From the human T2T-CHM13v2.0 reference genome, Homo sapiens: DNA of 64,000 nt. Shown piece by piece: positions 10,292 through 23,859 of this stretch. The stretch lies in assembly GCF_009914755.1 (NCBI RefSeq), contig NC_060936.1; one strand, written 5' to 3'. Numbering within the stretch: the stretch's first letter is position 1; each line of letters begins with the position of its first letter. Both the position numbers and the translations under genes were made by a program. The notes under the pieces were generated by a model. It saw only the letters and a list, made by a program, of their open reading frames with translations. It did not search any database and had not been told where the DNA came from.

Positions 10292-13200
10292 GGAGACTTC
10301 TGGTTCCAAACTGGTGGCATAGACACAAGCTGGCTTTACTCCCCAACCCCTTTTCCCCCAGAAGACCAAAACCAAATATACAGCACTGAGATCATCAACA
10401 GCAATATATCAAAACTCAAATGTGAGGATAAGTCAGTTTCCTGGGTCACAAATAATTAAAAAAAAAAAAAAACTCAGTGGATTGTAAGAGAATCAGATTT
10501 TTATATTTATGACACCCTTCCCCTCACTCTGCCTGGCACCAGACATGTGGAAACTTTTCCCCAACTCATGGCTTCTACACTGGAAAAGTGAGAATAAAGT
10601 GAACAACCAGCTTTCCCACCATCTTGGGTTCTTTAGCAGGTGACTCGTCCATGCCTCAACCCAAGAGAAGCATTCCGAGTGCCTGAAGTGAGACGTATCC
10701 CTGAGGACAGCCAGAGACAAAGCAGGGAAGTGAGACTACCAACTCCAGCCCTGGAAACTCTGCTCTGTAACTCTGTCAAAGGAGATACCAAATCATAGTG
10801 GCTGTTTGGCAGCATCATACTGTAAGAAGTATGTTCCATAGGTCTCCTGGGCATGAACCACTAGCCAGCCTTTCCACATGGCTGGACCTCCCTTTGGGAC
10901 CTCCCCAGTTCTAGATAGGCAGCACTCTGATTGGTTAGTAGAGCTGACAGAAATCTGGGCTTTAGGCACCATCTAGTGCCAAAAAGGAGGCAGTGACTTA
11001 GAGAACAAATATAAGACATTCAACAGGTAAATTACAAAGATTCTCTAAGCAAACATAACCAATAGTAACGAAAACAAGCCAGACAGAGAAGTCTGGAATA
11101 AATAATCCTTAAATGCAAAGACATAGAACTGTAGCCACAAGAAACAATAGCAAAGAAAGAATGATGACCTCCCCAAAGAGACAAAGCAAGAAAATAGTGA
11201 CTGACCCTAACAACATAGTGATACGTGAGCTCTCTGACCAAGAATTCAAAAGAGCAGTTTTAAGGAAACTCAGTTTCCTCAAATATCAAGTTTAGATATT
11301 TGTCCCCAACCAATTATCATATTATATTGTAATCTCCAATGCTGGAAGTGGGGCCTGGTGGGAGGTGTTTGGATCATGGGGGCAGATTTCTCGTAGCTTA
11401 GTGCTGTCTTCATGATAGTGAGTTCTCACAAGATCTGGTCATTTAAAAGTGTGTGGCACCTCCTTCCTCCATTCTCTCTCACTCCTGCTTTCACCATGTG
11501 TAAAGTGCCTTCTCCCACTTGGCCTTCTGCCATTATTTAAAATTCCCTGAAGCTTCACCAGAAGCCAAGCAGATGCCATACCATGCTTCCTGTAAATCCT
11601 GCAGAACCATGAGCCAATTAAACCTCTTGTCTTTATAAATTATGCAGTCTCCGGTGTTTCTTTATAGCAATGCAAGAATAGACTAATACACTCAGTGATC
11701 TCCAATGTAACACAAAAACAGCTCAAAAATTTATCGGAAAAATTTAACAAAGAGATCGAAATAACTTTTAAAAGTCAAACAGAAGTCTTGGAACTGAGAA
11801 ATACATTTGCTGAACTAAAAGTTTTTTAGAGGCTCTCAACAGCAGAATACACCAAGCCAAAAAAAAAAAAAAAAAAAAAAATCAGTAAGCTCAAAGGCTA
11901 TTTGAAATTACACAGTCAGAGAAGTAAAACAGAAAAAATAATGAAAAAGAATGAAGATTTTTTCCACAAAACATATAAACTTACCTCAAAAAACCAAATC
12001 TGAGAATTATTGATGTTCAAGAGGGAGTTGAGTAGGAGCAAGGGGTAGAAAGTTTATTTAAAAAAAGAATAATAGAAAACATTCCTAAACTTGAGAAAGA
12101 GATCAATATCCAGGTACAGAAAGATTAGAGAACACCAAACAGGTTCAATCCAAATAAGACTACCCCCCAAAATATAATAATCAATCTCTCAAAGGTCAAA
12201 GACAAAAAGAATTCAAAAAGCAGCAACAGAAAAAAAGGCAAAAAACTTATGAAGAAGCTCCAATTCATCTCCCAGAAGACTTCTCAATGGAAACCACACA
12301 CACTTGGAAGTAGGGGGACAATATTTTCAAAGTTCTGAAGAAAAAAAAACCTGTCATTCAAGAATACTTTATCTTGCAAAGCTATTCTTTATATATGAAG
12401 GAGAGAGAAAGTCTTTCCCAGATAAACAAAAGCTAAGAGAATTCACCATTACCAGACCCTTCTTACAAAGAAATGCTAAGGGAGTTCTTCAAAGTTTTCT
12501 TTCCAAAAAATACACTAATGTGCACAAAGAAACCATTTGAAGACAAAATCCACATGTGAAATTAAATACAAAAACTCAGAATACTTCAATACTGTAATTG
12601 TGGCATACAGTACCCTTACAATTCTAGTATGAAGCCTAAAAAATGAGTCAATAATAAAACAATAATAGCTAAGTTATAGGCAATATACAAATATGTACAT
12701 TGAGACAACCAAAAGTCAAAATGTGAAGGAATTGAGTTAAAATGCAGGGAAGTTTTTAGTTTTTTCTTCGTTTGCTTTTACTATTTTTTGTGATATAAAT
12801 TGTTATCTATTTAATGTAAGTTGTTATATCTATAAGATATTTTCGTAAGCCTCATAGTAACTACAATGCAAAACCCTAGAACAGATACACTAAAAGTTAA
12901 AAGCAATGAATTAAAACATACTATCATGGAAAATTACATAGCCATAAAGGATAACAGCAAGAAAGGAAGAAAGAGAGGAGATAAAAAACAACCAGAAAAC
13001 CAGCAACAAAATGTCTGTAGTAAGTCCTTACTTACTAGTAACAACACAGAATGTAAATGGACTCAGTTTTTCAATTAAAAGACGTAGAGTGACTGAATGG
13101 ATACAGAAGCAAGACTCAAATATGCTGCCTACAAGAAATCCATCTCACCTATAAAGACACACACATAGACTAAAAGCGAAGGGATGGAAGGAGATATCAT

Positions 13201-15508
13201 TCAAGAAAATTCAGCATATCTTTATGATAAAACCCCCAACAGAGGTATAGAAAGAACGTACCACAAGATAATAAAGGCTGTATATGACAAACCCACAGCC
13301 AGCATCATATTAAAAAGGGAACATTTAAAAGCCTTTCCTCTAAGATCTAGAACAAGACAAGGGCAGCCACTTACATCACTTTTATTCAAGAATATACTGA
13401 AGTTCTGGCCAGAGCAATTAGGCAGGAGAAAGAAATAAAGGGCATCTAAATTGGAAAGGAAGAAGTCAGATTAGCCTTGCATGAAGATGATGTGATCTTA
13501 TATTTAGAATAACCTAAAAACTCCACCACAAAACTGTTAGAACTGATAAACAAATTCAGTAAATTTGAAGGATACAAAAATCAACATACAAAACCAATAG
13601 TATTTATATACACCAATAGTAAACATTCTATAAAAGAAATCAAGAAAGCAATAACATTTACAATTGCTATAGAGTATAAAAGACCTAGGAATTAATTTAA
13701 ACAAAGAAGTAAAATATCTTTACTAGAAGAACTATAAAACATTGATTAAAAAATTGAAGAGGGCACAAAAAATGGAAATATATCCCATGTTCGTGGATTG
13801 GAAGAATTAATACTATATTATGTATTAATATAATAATACTATCCAAAGCAATTCACAGATTCAATGCAATTCCTATCAAAATACCAGTGATGCTTTTCAC
13901 AGGAGAGAAATTAATATGGAACCAGAAAAGACCCTTAATAGCCAAAGCTATCCTGAGCAAAAAGAATAAAGCTGGAGGTATCACCCTACCTGACTTTAAA
14001 ATATACTACAAAGCTGTAGTAAATCAGCATGGTAATGGCATAAAAACAAATACATAGACCAATGGAACACAATAGAGGACTCAGATATAAATCCACCTAT
14101 TTACAGTCAACTCATTCAACAAGGTTCCAAGAACATACAATTGTGACAGTCTCTTCAATAAACAGTGCTGGAAAAACTGGATAAACATATATAGAAGAAT
14201 GAAGCTAGACCCGTATCTCTTGCCATATACAAAAATCAAATCAAAATGGATTGTAGACTTAAGTCTAAGACCTGAAACTATGAAACCACTAAAAGAAAAT
14301 TGGAGGAAATGCTCCAGTACATTGATGTGGGCAACGGTTTTTTGTGTAAGACCTCATAAGCACAGGCAACAACAGTAAACATAGACAAATGTGATTACAT
14401 CAAATTAAAAATCTTCTGCATGGAAAAGAAAATAATCAGCAAGGTGACGAAACAGCTCACAGAATGAGAAAATATTTACAAATTATTCACCTGACAAGGA
14501 ATTAATAACCAGAAAATATAAGGAGTTCAAACAACTCAATAACAAAAGACCCAAAAAATTCAGCTAAAAATGGGCAAAATAATTGAATAGACATTTCTCA
14601 AAAAAGACATACAGATGGCCATATGAAAATACTGTCAACATAAATGATCAGAGAAATACAAATTAAAACAACAATAAGATATCTCCAACAACAGTTAGAA
14701 TGGCTTTTATCAAAAAGAGGGAATAACAGATGCTGGCTAGAATGTGGACAAGGAGAACTCTGTCTTCTCATACACTGTTGGTGGAAATGTAATAGCACAG
14801 CCACTATGGAAAATCGTATGGAGCTTTCTCAAAAAACTGAAAACAGAACTTCTATAAGATCCAGCAATTCCACTACTGGGTATACATCCAAAAGAAAGGA
14901 AATCAATTTATTGTACAGTTGTCTGTACTCCCATGTTTATTGCAGCACAATTTACAGTAGCCAAAATATGGAATCCACCTAAGTGTCCATCAGTGAATGA
15001 ATGGATAAAGTAAATATGGTAAATATACACAATGGAATATTATTCGGCCACAAAAAAGAATGAAATTCTGTCATTTGCAACAACATAAGTGGAACTGGGG
15101 GTCATTATGAAGTGAAATAGGCCAAGCACATAAAGACAAATATGACATATTCTCACTCATACGTGCGAGCTAAAAAGTGGATCTCATTGAAATAGAGAGT
15201 AAATCGAATGTTACCAGAGGCTGGGAAATGTAGAGGGGAAAAGGAGATAAAGAAGGGTTTATGAATGAGTAAAAATATACCTTTAGAAAAAATAAAACCT
15301 AGCATTCAGTAGGGTGACTATGGAAAACATTAATCGATGATACATTTCAAAATAGCTAGGAGAGAATAATTTGAATGTTCTCATGTAAAGATAAATATTT
15401 AGGTGACGGATATCCCAATTACCCTGATTTGACTACAGATGAATGCATCCAATTATATATACCCCCAAATATATACATCTAATATGTATCAATAAAACGA
15501 AGTGAATC
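10292..15508 (+). mobile_element. Near-full-length L1MA (L1MA4/5-like) with internal ORF2 deletion
   Basis: 5'UTR from about 10292, decayed ORF1 about 11110-12540, ORF2 start 13011, EN-to-RT jump near 13197, ORF2 C-terminus, L1MA-type 3'UTR ending TATCAATAAAA near 15497. Confidence 0.9.
11274..11690 (+). mobile_element. MSTB-like solo LTR inserted in L1 ORF1
   Basis: Ends GACTAATACA; TSD CTCAG (11269-11273 / 11691-11695); CAGAAGCCAAGCAGATGCC is MSTB-type. The 5' terminus is rearranged. Confidence 0.88.
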
Positions 15509-15560
15509 AAATCATCCAGTGTCAGGTATTTTGTTTTATCGGTGGAAACAAACTAAGACA
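15509..15560 (+). mobile_element. 3' end of the split MSTD/MLT1A-like LTR
   Basis: AAATCATCCAGTGTCAGGTATTTTGTT..AAACTAAGACA completes the LTR begun at 9960; degenerate TSD AGTCC / AATCT. Confidence 0.8.
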
Positions 15561-15565
15561 AATCT

Positions 15566-16548
15566 TGTGCCCCAAAAAACTGCATCTAAGTAAATAAATT
15601 GTTGCTTATCTAGTCGTACATTATAGTTCGCTTGACCAAGCAACATCAGAATTCAACCCCAGGATTACTCACAGGGCTCACCATTGTATTCTTGGTGTGA
15701 TTGTTTTAGATTGATAACATATTCCTCCCTTATCAGGCCGAGCACATCCCCTACTAGGTTATGCTGGATTTAACCCTCATTATCCTCATAGCCATGCGAG
15801 TGGGGACAGATTCTGAGAGACACATCTGATACTTCATTGAGGAGAGATTCTTGCAGCATCTTCCAGCATAGTAAAAGTGCCAGCTCTTGCTAGGGCAAGA
15901 TGAGCTACGTCTGCAAGCCCAAAGGCTCACAGAGAGTTGCAGAATTTATATTTCAATGTCCCCTGTCCAGGTGTCTCCGTCTCGTGTTTCAGAATCTCAG
16001 GTTTATTCATCCGGGCTGGGTTCTTCACATAACAGGACTACTTTGGTTGAAATTTCAGATGTCTCTGGAATGCTACAACTCCAACGATTAAGTCTTCAGC
16101 CTGTGCCTCAACTGTGTCTGCCCTCCCAACACAGTTGATAAAAGGATCATTGTGAACTATCAGAGCTTTACAGAGAAGCTATCTGGCTCTCACACAGCTA
16201 CCAACTGCTTGTTAACAGCCTTCACTCTTTCTGATGGGTGTCAATATAACTTAGCAATAACTAGTCAACTCTTCTGAGTTTTTAAGCATTTTCTTTCCTG
16301 CCTCTTCCATATGTTTCAAATATCGACATCATTACACCTGTCACAGCATGTCCTTCCACTAAAACATTTTCCCAGTTCAACACCGGAGAAATCTCTGCCA
16401 ATTGAAGTGGAACTTTGTGCCAGGAATTATCCATGCTCACTTATTAGGGAGGACGGTGTCCTCTTCACCTGCTGAGAGGTCAGTGAGTGAGTCAGTCTTC
16501 CACATCCCCATCTTGAGACCTGTTTTCTTGGACTATCCTGATACCATT
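15566..16548 (-). mobile_element. ERVL internal: PBS, leader and gag N-terminal remnant
   Basis: Minus strand near 15590-15690 reads SWG*ILMLLGQANYNVRLDKQQFIYLDA (ERVL Gag pattern WEWILRV.D.GG.NI.LD..EFIDLG); PBS-like TGGTATCAGG at 16546-16537 abuts the LTR. Confidence 0.72.
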
Positions 16549-16790
16549 TGTGTTAATCCAGATACTACAAGAAAAAGACATTAAGGCCATGTCTTTAAAC
16601 TTGCAAGAGTTTAAAAGAGGAAATGCTTAAGGGTAAGAGGTCTGAGGAGCCTACAAGGTCTGTCAGACCACAGATGGAGGAGAGAGGAAAGAAAGTTCAG
16701 GAGGAAGCATCCTTGCAAGTCTGACCCTAAAATGAAAGAGAGAAGGAAGAATGTTAAAACCATGGAGGGCTGTCTCTAGAGCCTACGCTT
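16549..16790 (-). mobile_element. LTR16-like ERVL 5' LTR (partial)
   Basis: TGTGTTAATCC.. terminus next to the PBS; TGCAAGAG..GAAATGC..TCAGACCACAG..GTCTGACC..GAAAGAGAGAAGGAAG resembles antisense LTR16. Confidence 0.55.
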
Positions 16791-17279
16791 TGCATTATAG
16801 GAACATATGACATATAAAATATGAGTAGATCATGCTTTTCTCAACATTAGGGAAATTAGAATGAGTATATTAGTTGATCCAGTGCCTTTATAACAAAATA
16901 TGTATGCTTTCTCTAATTAAAGTTTAATCATTCCATAGTATTACCAATGTTTGCTTGTCTTTGCTCATTAACCTCCTCTCTATGTCTTGTAGTGTATTTT
17001 GAAAACTGTAATATTATTATTTTGCTAGTTAGATGAATGAAGATATAAAAAAAATTTACATATTGTATAGGCACTATCTGATTCACTTGAGAATCAACTC
17101 ATGTAGACATGATTATATTAATATTAATTTATAAATAAGATTTCATCTTAAATCTCTGACTAAGCCTGAAGTTTATCTTAATTGAAAATTTAGACTCAAA
17201 AAGTCGGTCAAAAAATAAGTCAAACTATAGGCTAGGAGAGGCATATCTGATAAAGACTGTTATCTAAAATATAAAAAGA

Positions 17280-17580
17280 GGCCAGATGTGATGACTCAAA
17301 CCTGTAATCTCAACACTTTGGGAGGCCAAGGTGGGAGGATTGCTTGAGATCAGGGGTTCAAGACCAGCTGGGAAACCTAGGGAGACCTCATCTCTACAAA
17401 ATATAAAAAATATATGTTAGTTAGACATGATAGCATTTGCCTGTAGCCATAGCTGCTTGGGAGGCTGAGGAGGGAGGATCAGTTGAGCCCAGGGGGTCAA
17501 GGCTGCAGTGAGCTGTGATTGTGCCACCATGCTCTAGCCTGGATGACAGAGTCACCTTGCCTCTAAAAATAAAAAAAAAA
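17280..17580 (+). mobile_element. AluJ
   Basis: GGAGGATTGCTTGAG and GTCAAGGCTGCAGTGAGCTGTGATT; A tail. Confidence 0.92.
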
Positions 17581-17638
17581 TAATTTTAATTTTTTTTAAA
17601 TCTGCTCATTTCAGATTTAGTAAAAAAAAACAAAAACA

Positions 17639-18095
<457 letters not shown>

Positions 18096-19283
18096 TTAAC
18101 ATCATATGCCATTAGGGAATTTCAAAACAACAATGAGGTACCCTACACACCTTTTCAAATGGCCCAAATCCAAGACACTGACTATACCAAATGCTGATGG
18201 GGGGTGTAGAACAAGAATATTCATTCATTGCTGCAAAATGGTTCAGCTCTTTCTTACAAAACTTACCATACAATCCAGCAATTGGACCCATTGTTATTTA
18301 ATCAAATAAGTTGAAAATTCATACCCACACAAAAACTTGTACATGAATATTTATAGCAGCTTTATTCGTTATTGCCAAAACTTGAAAATAACCAAAATGC
18401 CAGTTAGTAAATTAACAGGTAAATGAACGGTGGCACATCCAGAAATTGGAAAACTATTTAGCACTGAAAATAAATGAGCTATCAAAACATGAAAAGACAT
18501 GAAAGCAATCTTAAATGCATGTTACTAAGTGAAGGAAGCCAGTCTGAAAAAGGCTACATACTTTATAGTTCTAACTATATGACATTCTGGAAAAGGGAAA
18601 CCTATAGAGTCAATGAAAAGATCAGTGGTTGCCAGAGGTTGTTGGGGAGGAATAAATAAGTAGGCAAAGCATAGACAATTTTTAAGTCATTAAAACTATT
18701 CTGTGTGATACTATAAAGGTAAATGCATGTTGTTATACATTTGTCAAAGCCCATGAACTATACATCAAGAATGAGCCCTAATGAAAACTATGGACTTTGA
18801 ATAATAATGACATGTCAGTGTAGGTTCATCAATTGTAAAAACAGGTACCAGTACACTGTGGGATACTGATAGTGGAGAAGGCTTGTATGTGGCGGGGTTG
18901 GTGGGGTGTGGGGTGGTTATGCGAACTCTATGTTGTGCACTATTTTACTGTGAAACTGAACTGCTCTTAAAGTCTATTGAAGAAAAAGGAAATTTTCTAG
19001 TGGACTTCAGAGAAAGATGTTCATCCTTGATTAAAAAACGTAAGTGAGTAAGGATTTTTAAAAAGTCTGAAGTCTTGGTGTTACCTAAATTTCTGCTTTA
19101 TTAATAGTCAGAAGAGGACTTTTGTTTTGATTTTTGTTCATGGTAATGGTGAGATAGATCAATTTTCTAATTGTCTGGTTTCTCACAAGATCTCCATTAT
19201 CATCCTGTCTGTGTATTTATGGCAAATATTCTTCCACTTAGGAATCAGATCTATTAACTTCTGAGAAAAATCAATGCATTTTA

Positions 19284-19790
19284 TATGATGGCTGTTGATG
19301 TGTCACCTTGAATAGTCTGAACCACAGTGCCAAGAAATCCCTCTCAAGTATGTTTAGGGTGGGTTCCCAGGGACTCAAGAGACTTGGAGAACTAAAGGGA
19401 GCAGCAGCCATTTTTAGCTACATATACCTTGTTCCAGTTATTCAGTCAAACACTGATCTATGTCTTTGTGAAGGAATTTTATGAATGAGATTAAATATTC
19501 TAATTGGTTGACTTTATTAAAAAGGGAGATTATCTTGTGTAGGCCTGATTTAATCCGTTGAAAGGTCTTTAAGTATGCTGAGGCCTTCTCTCAGTAGAGC
19601 CTCCCACTAGTGGACAACAAGCCTTAGCTCCTGCCTCTGCGCTTCTGGCCTGCTCATGATCTTCCCTTCCTGCCTGCCTGCCCAGCAGGCTTTGGGATCC
19701 TATAATTATATCAACAAATAGACATATAATTGCTCACATATATATATAAAATCTCCTACTGGGTCTGCTTCTCTGAACTCTGACTGATGC
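19284..19790 (+). mobile_element. MLT2-family (ERVL) LTR, MLT2E/F-like
   Basis: CAGTTATTCAGTCAAACACTGATCTA..GTGAAGG..TTTT; GGGAGATTATC; 3' end TCTCCTACTGGGTCTGCTTCTCTG..ACTCTGACTGATGC. Confidence 0.75.
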
Positions 19791-20301
19791 TTTTCTTTCA
19801 CTGAATATCTAATATTTCATTGAAGTCTGAACTTTGATAAAATTCAGGATGGAAAAGTAGGGAGGGAAAATTGAGATAAAAAATAGGATGGAGGGAGAAA
19901 AGAAGGAAGGGTGTTTTTATTATTGTACTTTTATGTTCAGATGTTTAAATACCTTTTTTTAAAAAGGAATGCTTATTTTGTCTTTCAAATGATTATGTTC
20001 AACAACTTTTGACATCTTGTCTAAAATTGCATATTAACTATATGCTAGTAGTAGATATCAGTATTGAATCAATAACACTAGGAATATATGAAACATCAAC
20101 ATTTCCCAGAGTGAACCCTTGGTTTTGTATCCGGTTTTGGATTACAGGCCAGAAATTTTCCTGCTAATAGGTTTATGCATGATAATTCTCCACAGTTTAG
20201 TGTAATTAGTACTTTCCTACAGCACATTCTCTTATAACCTACTCAATAGCATCCAAGCAAAATAGAATTTCTCTTTTAATTAGTGAACACTGGAATACCA
20301 A

Positions 20302-22554
20302 TGTATTGGTCCATTTTCATGCCGCTGATAAAGACATACCCGAGACTCAGAAGAAAAAGAGGGTTAATTGGACTTACAGTTCCACACAGATGGGGAGGCC
20401 TAGAATCGTGGCAGGAGGTGAAAGGCACTTCTTACATGGTGGTGGCAAGAGAAAATGAGGAAGATACAAAAGCAGAAACCCCTGATAAAACCATAATATC
20501 TTGTGAGACTTATTCACTACCAAGAGAACGGTATGGGGGAACCGCCCCCATGATTCAAATGATCTCCCACTGGGTCCCTCCCACAACACATTGAAAATTA
20601 TGGTAGTACAATTCAAGATGAGATTTGGGTGAGGACACAGCCAAACCATATCATTTCACCCCTGGCCCCTCCAAATCTCATGTCCTCACATTTCAAAACC
20701 AATCATGCCTTCCCAACAGGTCTCCAAAGTCTTAACTCATTTCAGCATAAACCCAAAACTCCACAGTCCAAAGTCTCATCTGAGACAAGGCAAGTCGCTT
20801 CTGCCTATCAGCCTATGAAATCAAAAGCAAGCTAGCTATTTCCTAGATACAATGGGGGTACAGGTATTTGGTAAATACAGTCATTCCAAATGGGAGAAAT
20901 TGGCCAAAACAAAGGGGTTACAGGGCCCATGCAAGTCTGAAATCCAGCAGGGTGGTCAAATTTTCGAGCTCCAAAATGGTCTCCTTTGGCTCCAGCTGTC
21001 ACATCCAGGTCATAGTGATGCAAGAGGTGGATTCCGATGGTCTCAAGGAGCTCTGCCCCTGTGGCTTTCTCCCAGCTGCTTTCATGGGCTGGCATTGAGT
21101 GTCTCCAGCTTTTCCAGGCCTATGGTGCAAGCTGTAGGTGGATCTACCATTCTGGGGTCTGAAGGATGGTGGCCCTCTTCTCACAACTCCCCTAGGCAGT
21201 GCCCCAGTAGGGACTCTGTACTGGGGGCTCCAACCCCATATTTCCCTTCCACACTGCCCTAGCAGAGGTTCTCCATGAGGGATCCGCCCCTGCGGCAAAC
21301 TTCTGCCTGGGCATCCAGGCATTTCCATGCATCTTCTGAAATCTAGGTGGAGGTTCCCAAACCCCAATTCTTGACTTCTGTGTATTTGCAGGCTCAACAC
21401 CGTGTGGAAGCTGCCAAGGCTTGGGGCTTGCGCCCTCGAAGCCATGGCTCAAGCTCTATGTTGGCCCCTTTCAGCCATGGCTGGAGCAACTGGGACACAG
21501 GACACCAAGTTCCTAGGCTGCATACAGCATGGGCACCCTGGGCCCAGACCACAAAACCAATTTCTCCTAGGCCTCAAGGCCTGTGATGGGAGGGGCTGCC
21601 ATGAAGTCCTCTGACACGCCCTGGAGACATTTTCCCCATTGTCTTGGGGATTAACATTTGGCTCCTCATTACTTATGCAAATTACTGCAGCCAGCTTGAA
21701 TTTCTCCTCAAAAAATGGAATTTTCTTTTCTATCGCATTGTCAGAGTGCAGATTTCCCGAACTTTTATGCTCTGCTTCCCTTTTAAACTGAATACCTTTA
21801 ACAGCACCCAAGTCCCCTTTTGAATGCCTTGCTGCTTAGAAATTTCTTCCACAAGGTACCCTAAATCATCCCTGTCAAGTTCAAAGTTTCACAAATCTCT
21901 AGGGCAGGGGCAAAATGCTGCCAGTCTCTTTGCTAAAACAGCAAGAGTCATCTTTGCTCCAGTTCCCAACAAGTTCCTCATCTCCATCTGAGACCACCTC
22001 AGCCTGGACCTTATTGTCCATATTGCTGTCAGGCTTTTGGTCAAAGCCATTCAACCAGTCTCTAGGAAGTTCCAAGCTTTCCCAGATTTTCCTCTCTTCT
22101 CCTGAGCCCTCCAGACTGTTTCAACCTCTGCCTGTTACCCAGACCCAAAGTCGCTTCCACATTTTCAAGTCTTTTTTCAGCAACGCCCCCCTTACTGGTA
22201 CCAATTTACTGTATTAGTCCATTTTCAAACTGCTGACACAGACATACCCGAGACTGGGACGAAAAAGAGGTTTAATTGGACTTACAGTTCCACGTGGCTT
22301 GTGGAATCATGGCAGGAGGTGAAAGGCACTTCTTACATGGCAGTTGCAAAAGAAAATGAGAAAGATACAAAAGCAGAAACCCCTGATAAAACCATTAGAT
22401 CTTGTGATACTTATTCATTACCGTGAGAATGGTATGGGGGAAACTGGTCCCATGATTCAAATTATCTCCCACTGGGTCCCTCCCATAACACATGGGAATT
22501 ACGGGAGTAAAACTCAAGATGAGATTTGGGTGGGGACGCAGCCAAACCTTATCA
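20302..22554 (-). mobile_element. Complete THE1A-like MaLR provirus (3' LTR 20302-20653, internal 20654-22209, 5' LTR 22210-22554)
   Basis: Two homologous LTRs of about 350 bp containing AAAAGCAGAAACCCCTGATAAAACC, about 1.55 kb internal region, perfect TSD ACCAA (20297-20301 / 22555-22559). Confidence 0.95.
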
Positions 22555-22798
22555 ACCAACTCTCCAATCAAAATAATAAACAAAAAATAAGTTTTTATTT
22601 AAAATAGTGAAGTAGTAAAGTTTTATATTTATCTCAAAAAACATATACTATAAAAACATTTTTAACTTTTGCTTTTTATAGATTTATAATTTCAAGCTAT
22701 ATTAAATGTATGCAGAAAATATGCTAAACATCACAAATTTGGAAGAAAAATAGTTGATTTTGCAATCTGCAAGAATTAATATAGAATTCATTTGCTTA

Positions 22799-22964
22799 GC
22801 TGGGCACGGTGGTGCATGCCTATAGTCCCAGCTACTTGGGAGGCTGAGGTGGAAGGATTGCTTGAGCCTGGGAGGTAAAGGCTTCAGTGAGCCGAGATCA
22901 CACTACTGCCCTCCAGCCTAGGCGGTAGGGTGAGACTCTGCCTCAAAATAATAATAATAATAAT
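22799..22964 (+). mobile_element. Alu right monomer only (FRAM or truncated AluJ)
   Basis: Single monomer with (AAT)n tail; 14-bp TSD AATTCATTTGCTTA / AATCCATCTGCTTA. Confidence 0.88.
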
Positions 22965-23338
22965 AATCCATCTGCTTATTGACTTTCTAACTAAGCAATG
23001 AGGGAGAGGGAGATAGTGGTTTCTTTTTTACACAGGTTAAGCATCTCTAATCCAAAATCCAATATCAAATGCCCCCAAATCTGAAATTACCTGAATGCTG
23101 ACCTGATGCCACAATTGTAAAGTTCCATGCCTGACCTTCTGTGACAGGTCACAGTCTAAGCACAGGCACACAGTGGAGTTTATTCAGTGTCCCTAAGATA
23201 AAAAAGACTCTCCCAGCCCCTTCAATGATGATATGTCTTTTTTTTTGCGCAGGCCCAGATTCCCCCATCTAAGCATGCTCTCAAAGGGAAATAAAATGGC
23301 AGGTGTGCAGGCCATATTGGCCAATGGCAAGTTTCCAC

Positions 23339-23760
23339 TGTGTTACTCTGTTCCTGAATCACTGTAAAGAAATACCTGAGACTGGGTAATTTATAAAGAA
23401 GAGGTTTAATTGGCTCATATTCTGCAGGCTGTACAAGAGTGGCACCAGCATCTGCTCAGCTTCTGATGAGGCGTTAGGAAGCTTTTACTCATGGTAACAG
23501 ATGAAGTGGGAACAGACACATCACATGGTGAGAGAGAGAGCAAGAGAGAGAGAGAGAAGTGGGAGGTCCCAGACTTTTAAACGACCAGGTCTTATGTGAA
23601 CTAACTGAGCAAGAACTCTCATCACCAAGCAGATAATGCTAAACCATTCATAAGGGATTTGTCCCCGTGATTCAATCACTTCCTACCAGACCCCCACCTC
23701 CAATATTGGGAATCACATTTCAACTTGAGAGTTGGAGGGGAAAATACTGAAATTATATCA
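23339..23760 (-). mobile_element. MSTB-like solo LTR nested in the Tigger
   Basis: TGTGTTA..AAAGAAATACCTGAGACTGGGTAATTTATAAAG..TTATATCA; flanks CCAC / CCAT. Confidence 0.88.
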
Positions 23761-23859
23761 CCATGATGACCCACATGGGGCAAAGACCTATGAGCATTTC
23801 TCTGTGGATTTTTGTTCATTTTGTTTGCATATTCTTTGTTCTGTGGTGTAAAGATATTG

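Noticed and set aside
17597-17619. Hairpin TAAATCTG-N7-CAGATTTA between two Alus
   Set aside because: An 8-bp AT-rich stem is expected by chance at this window size.
18890-18918. G-rich run as a G-quadruplex
   Set aside because: Only three tracts of three or more G; ordinary L1 3'UTR G-rich segment.
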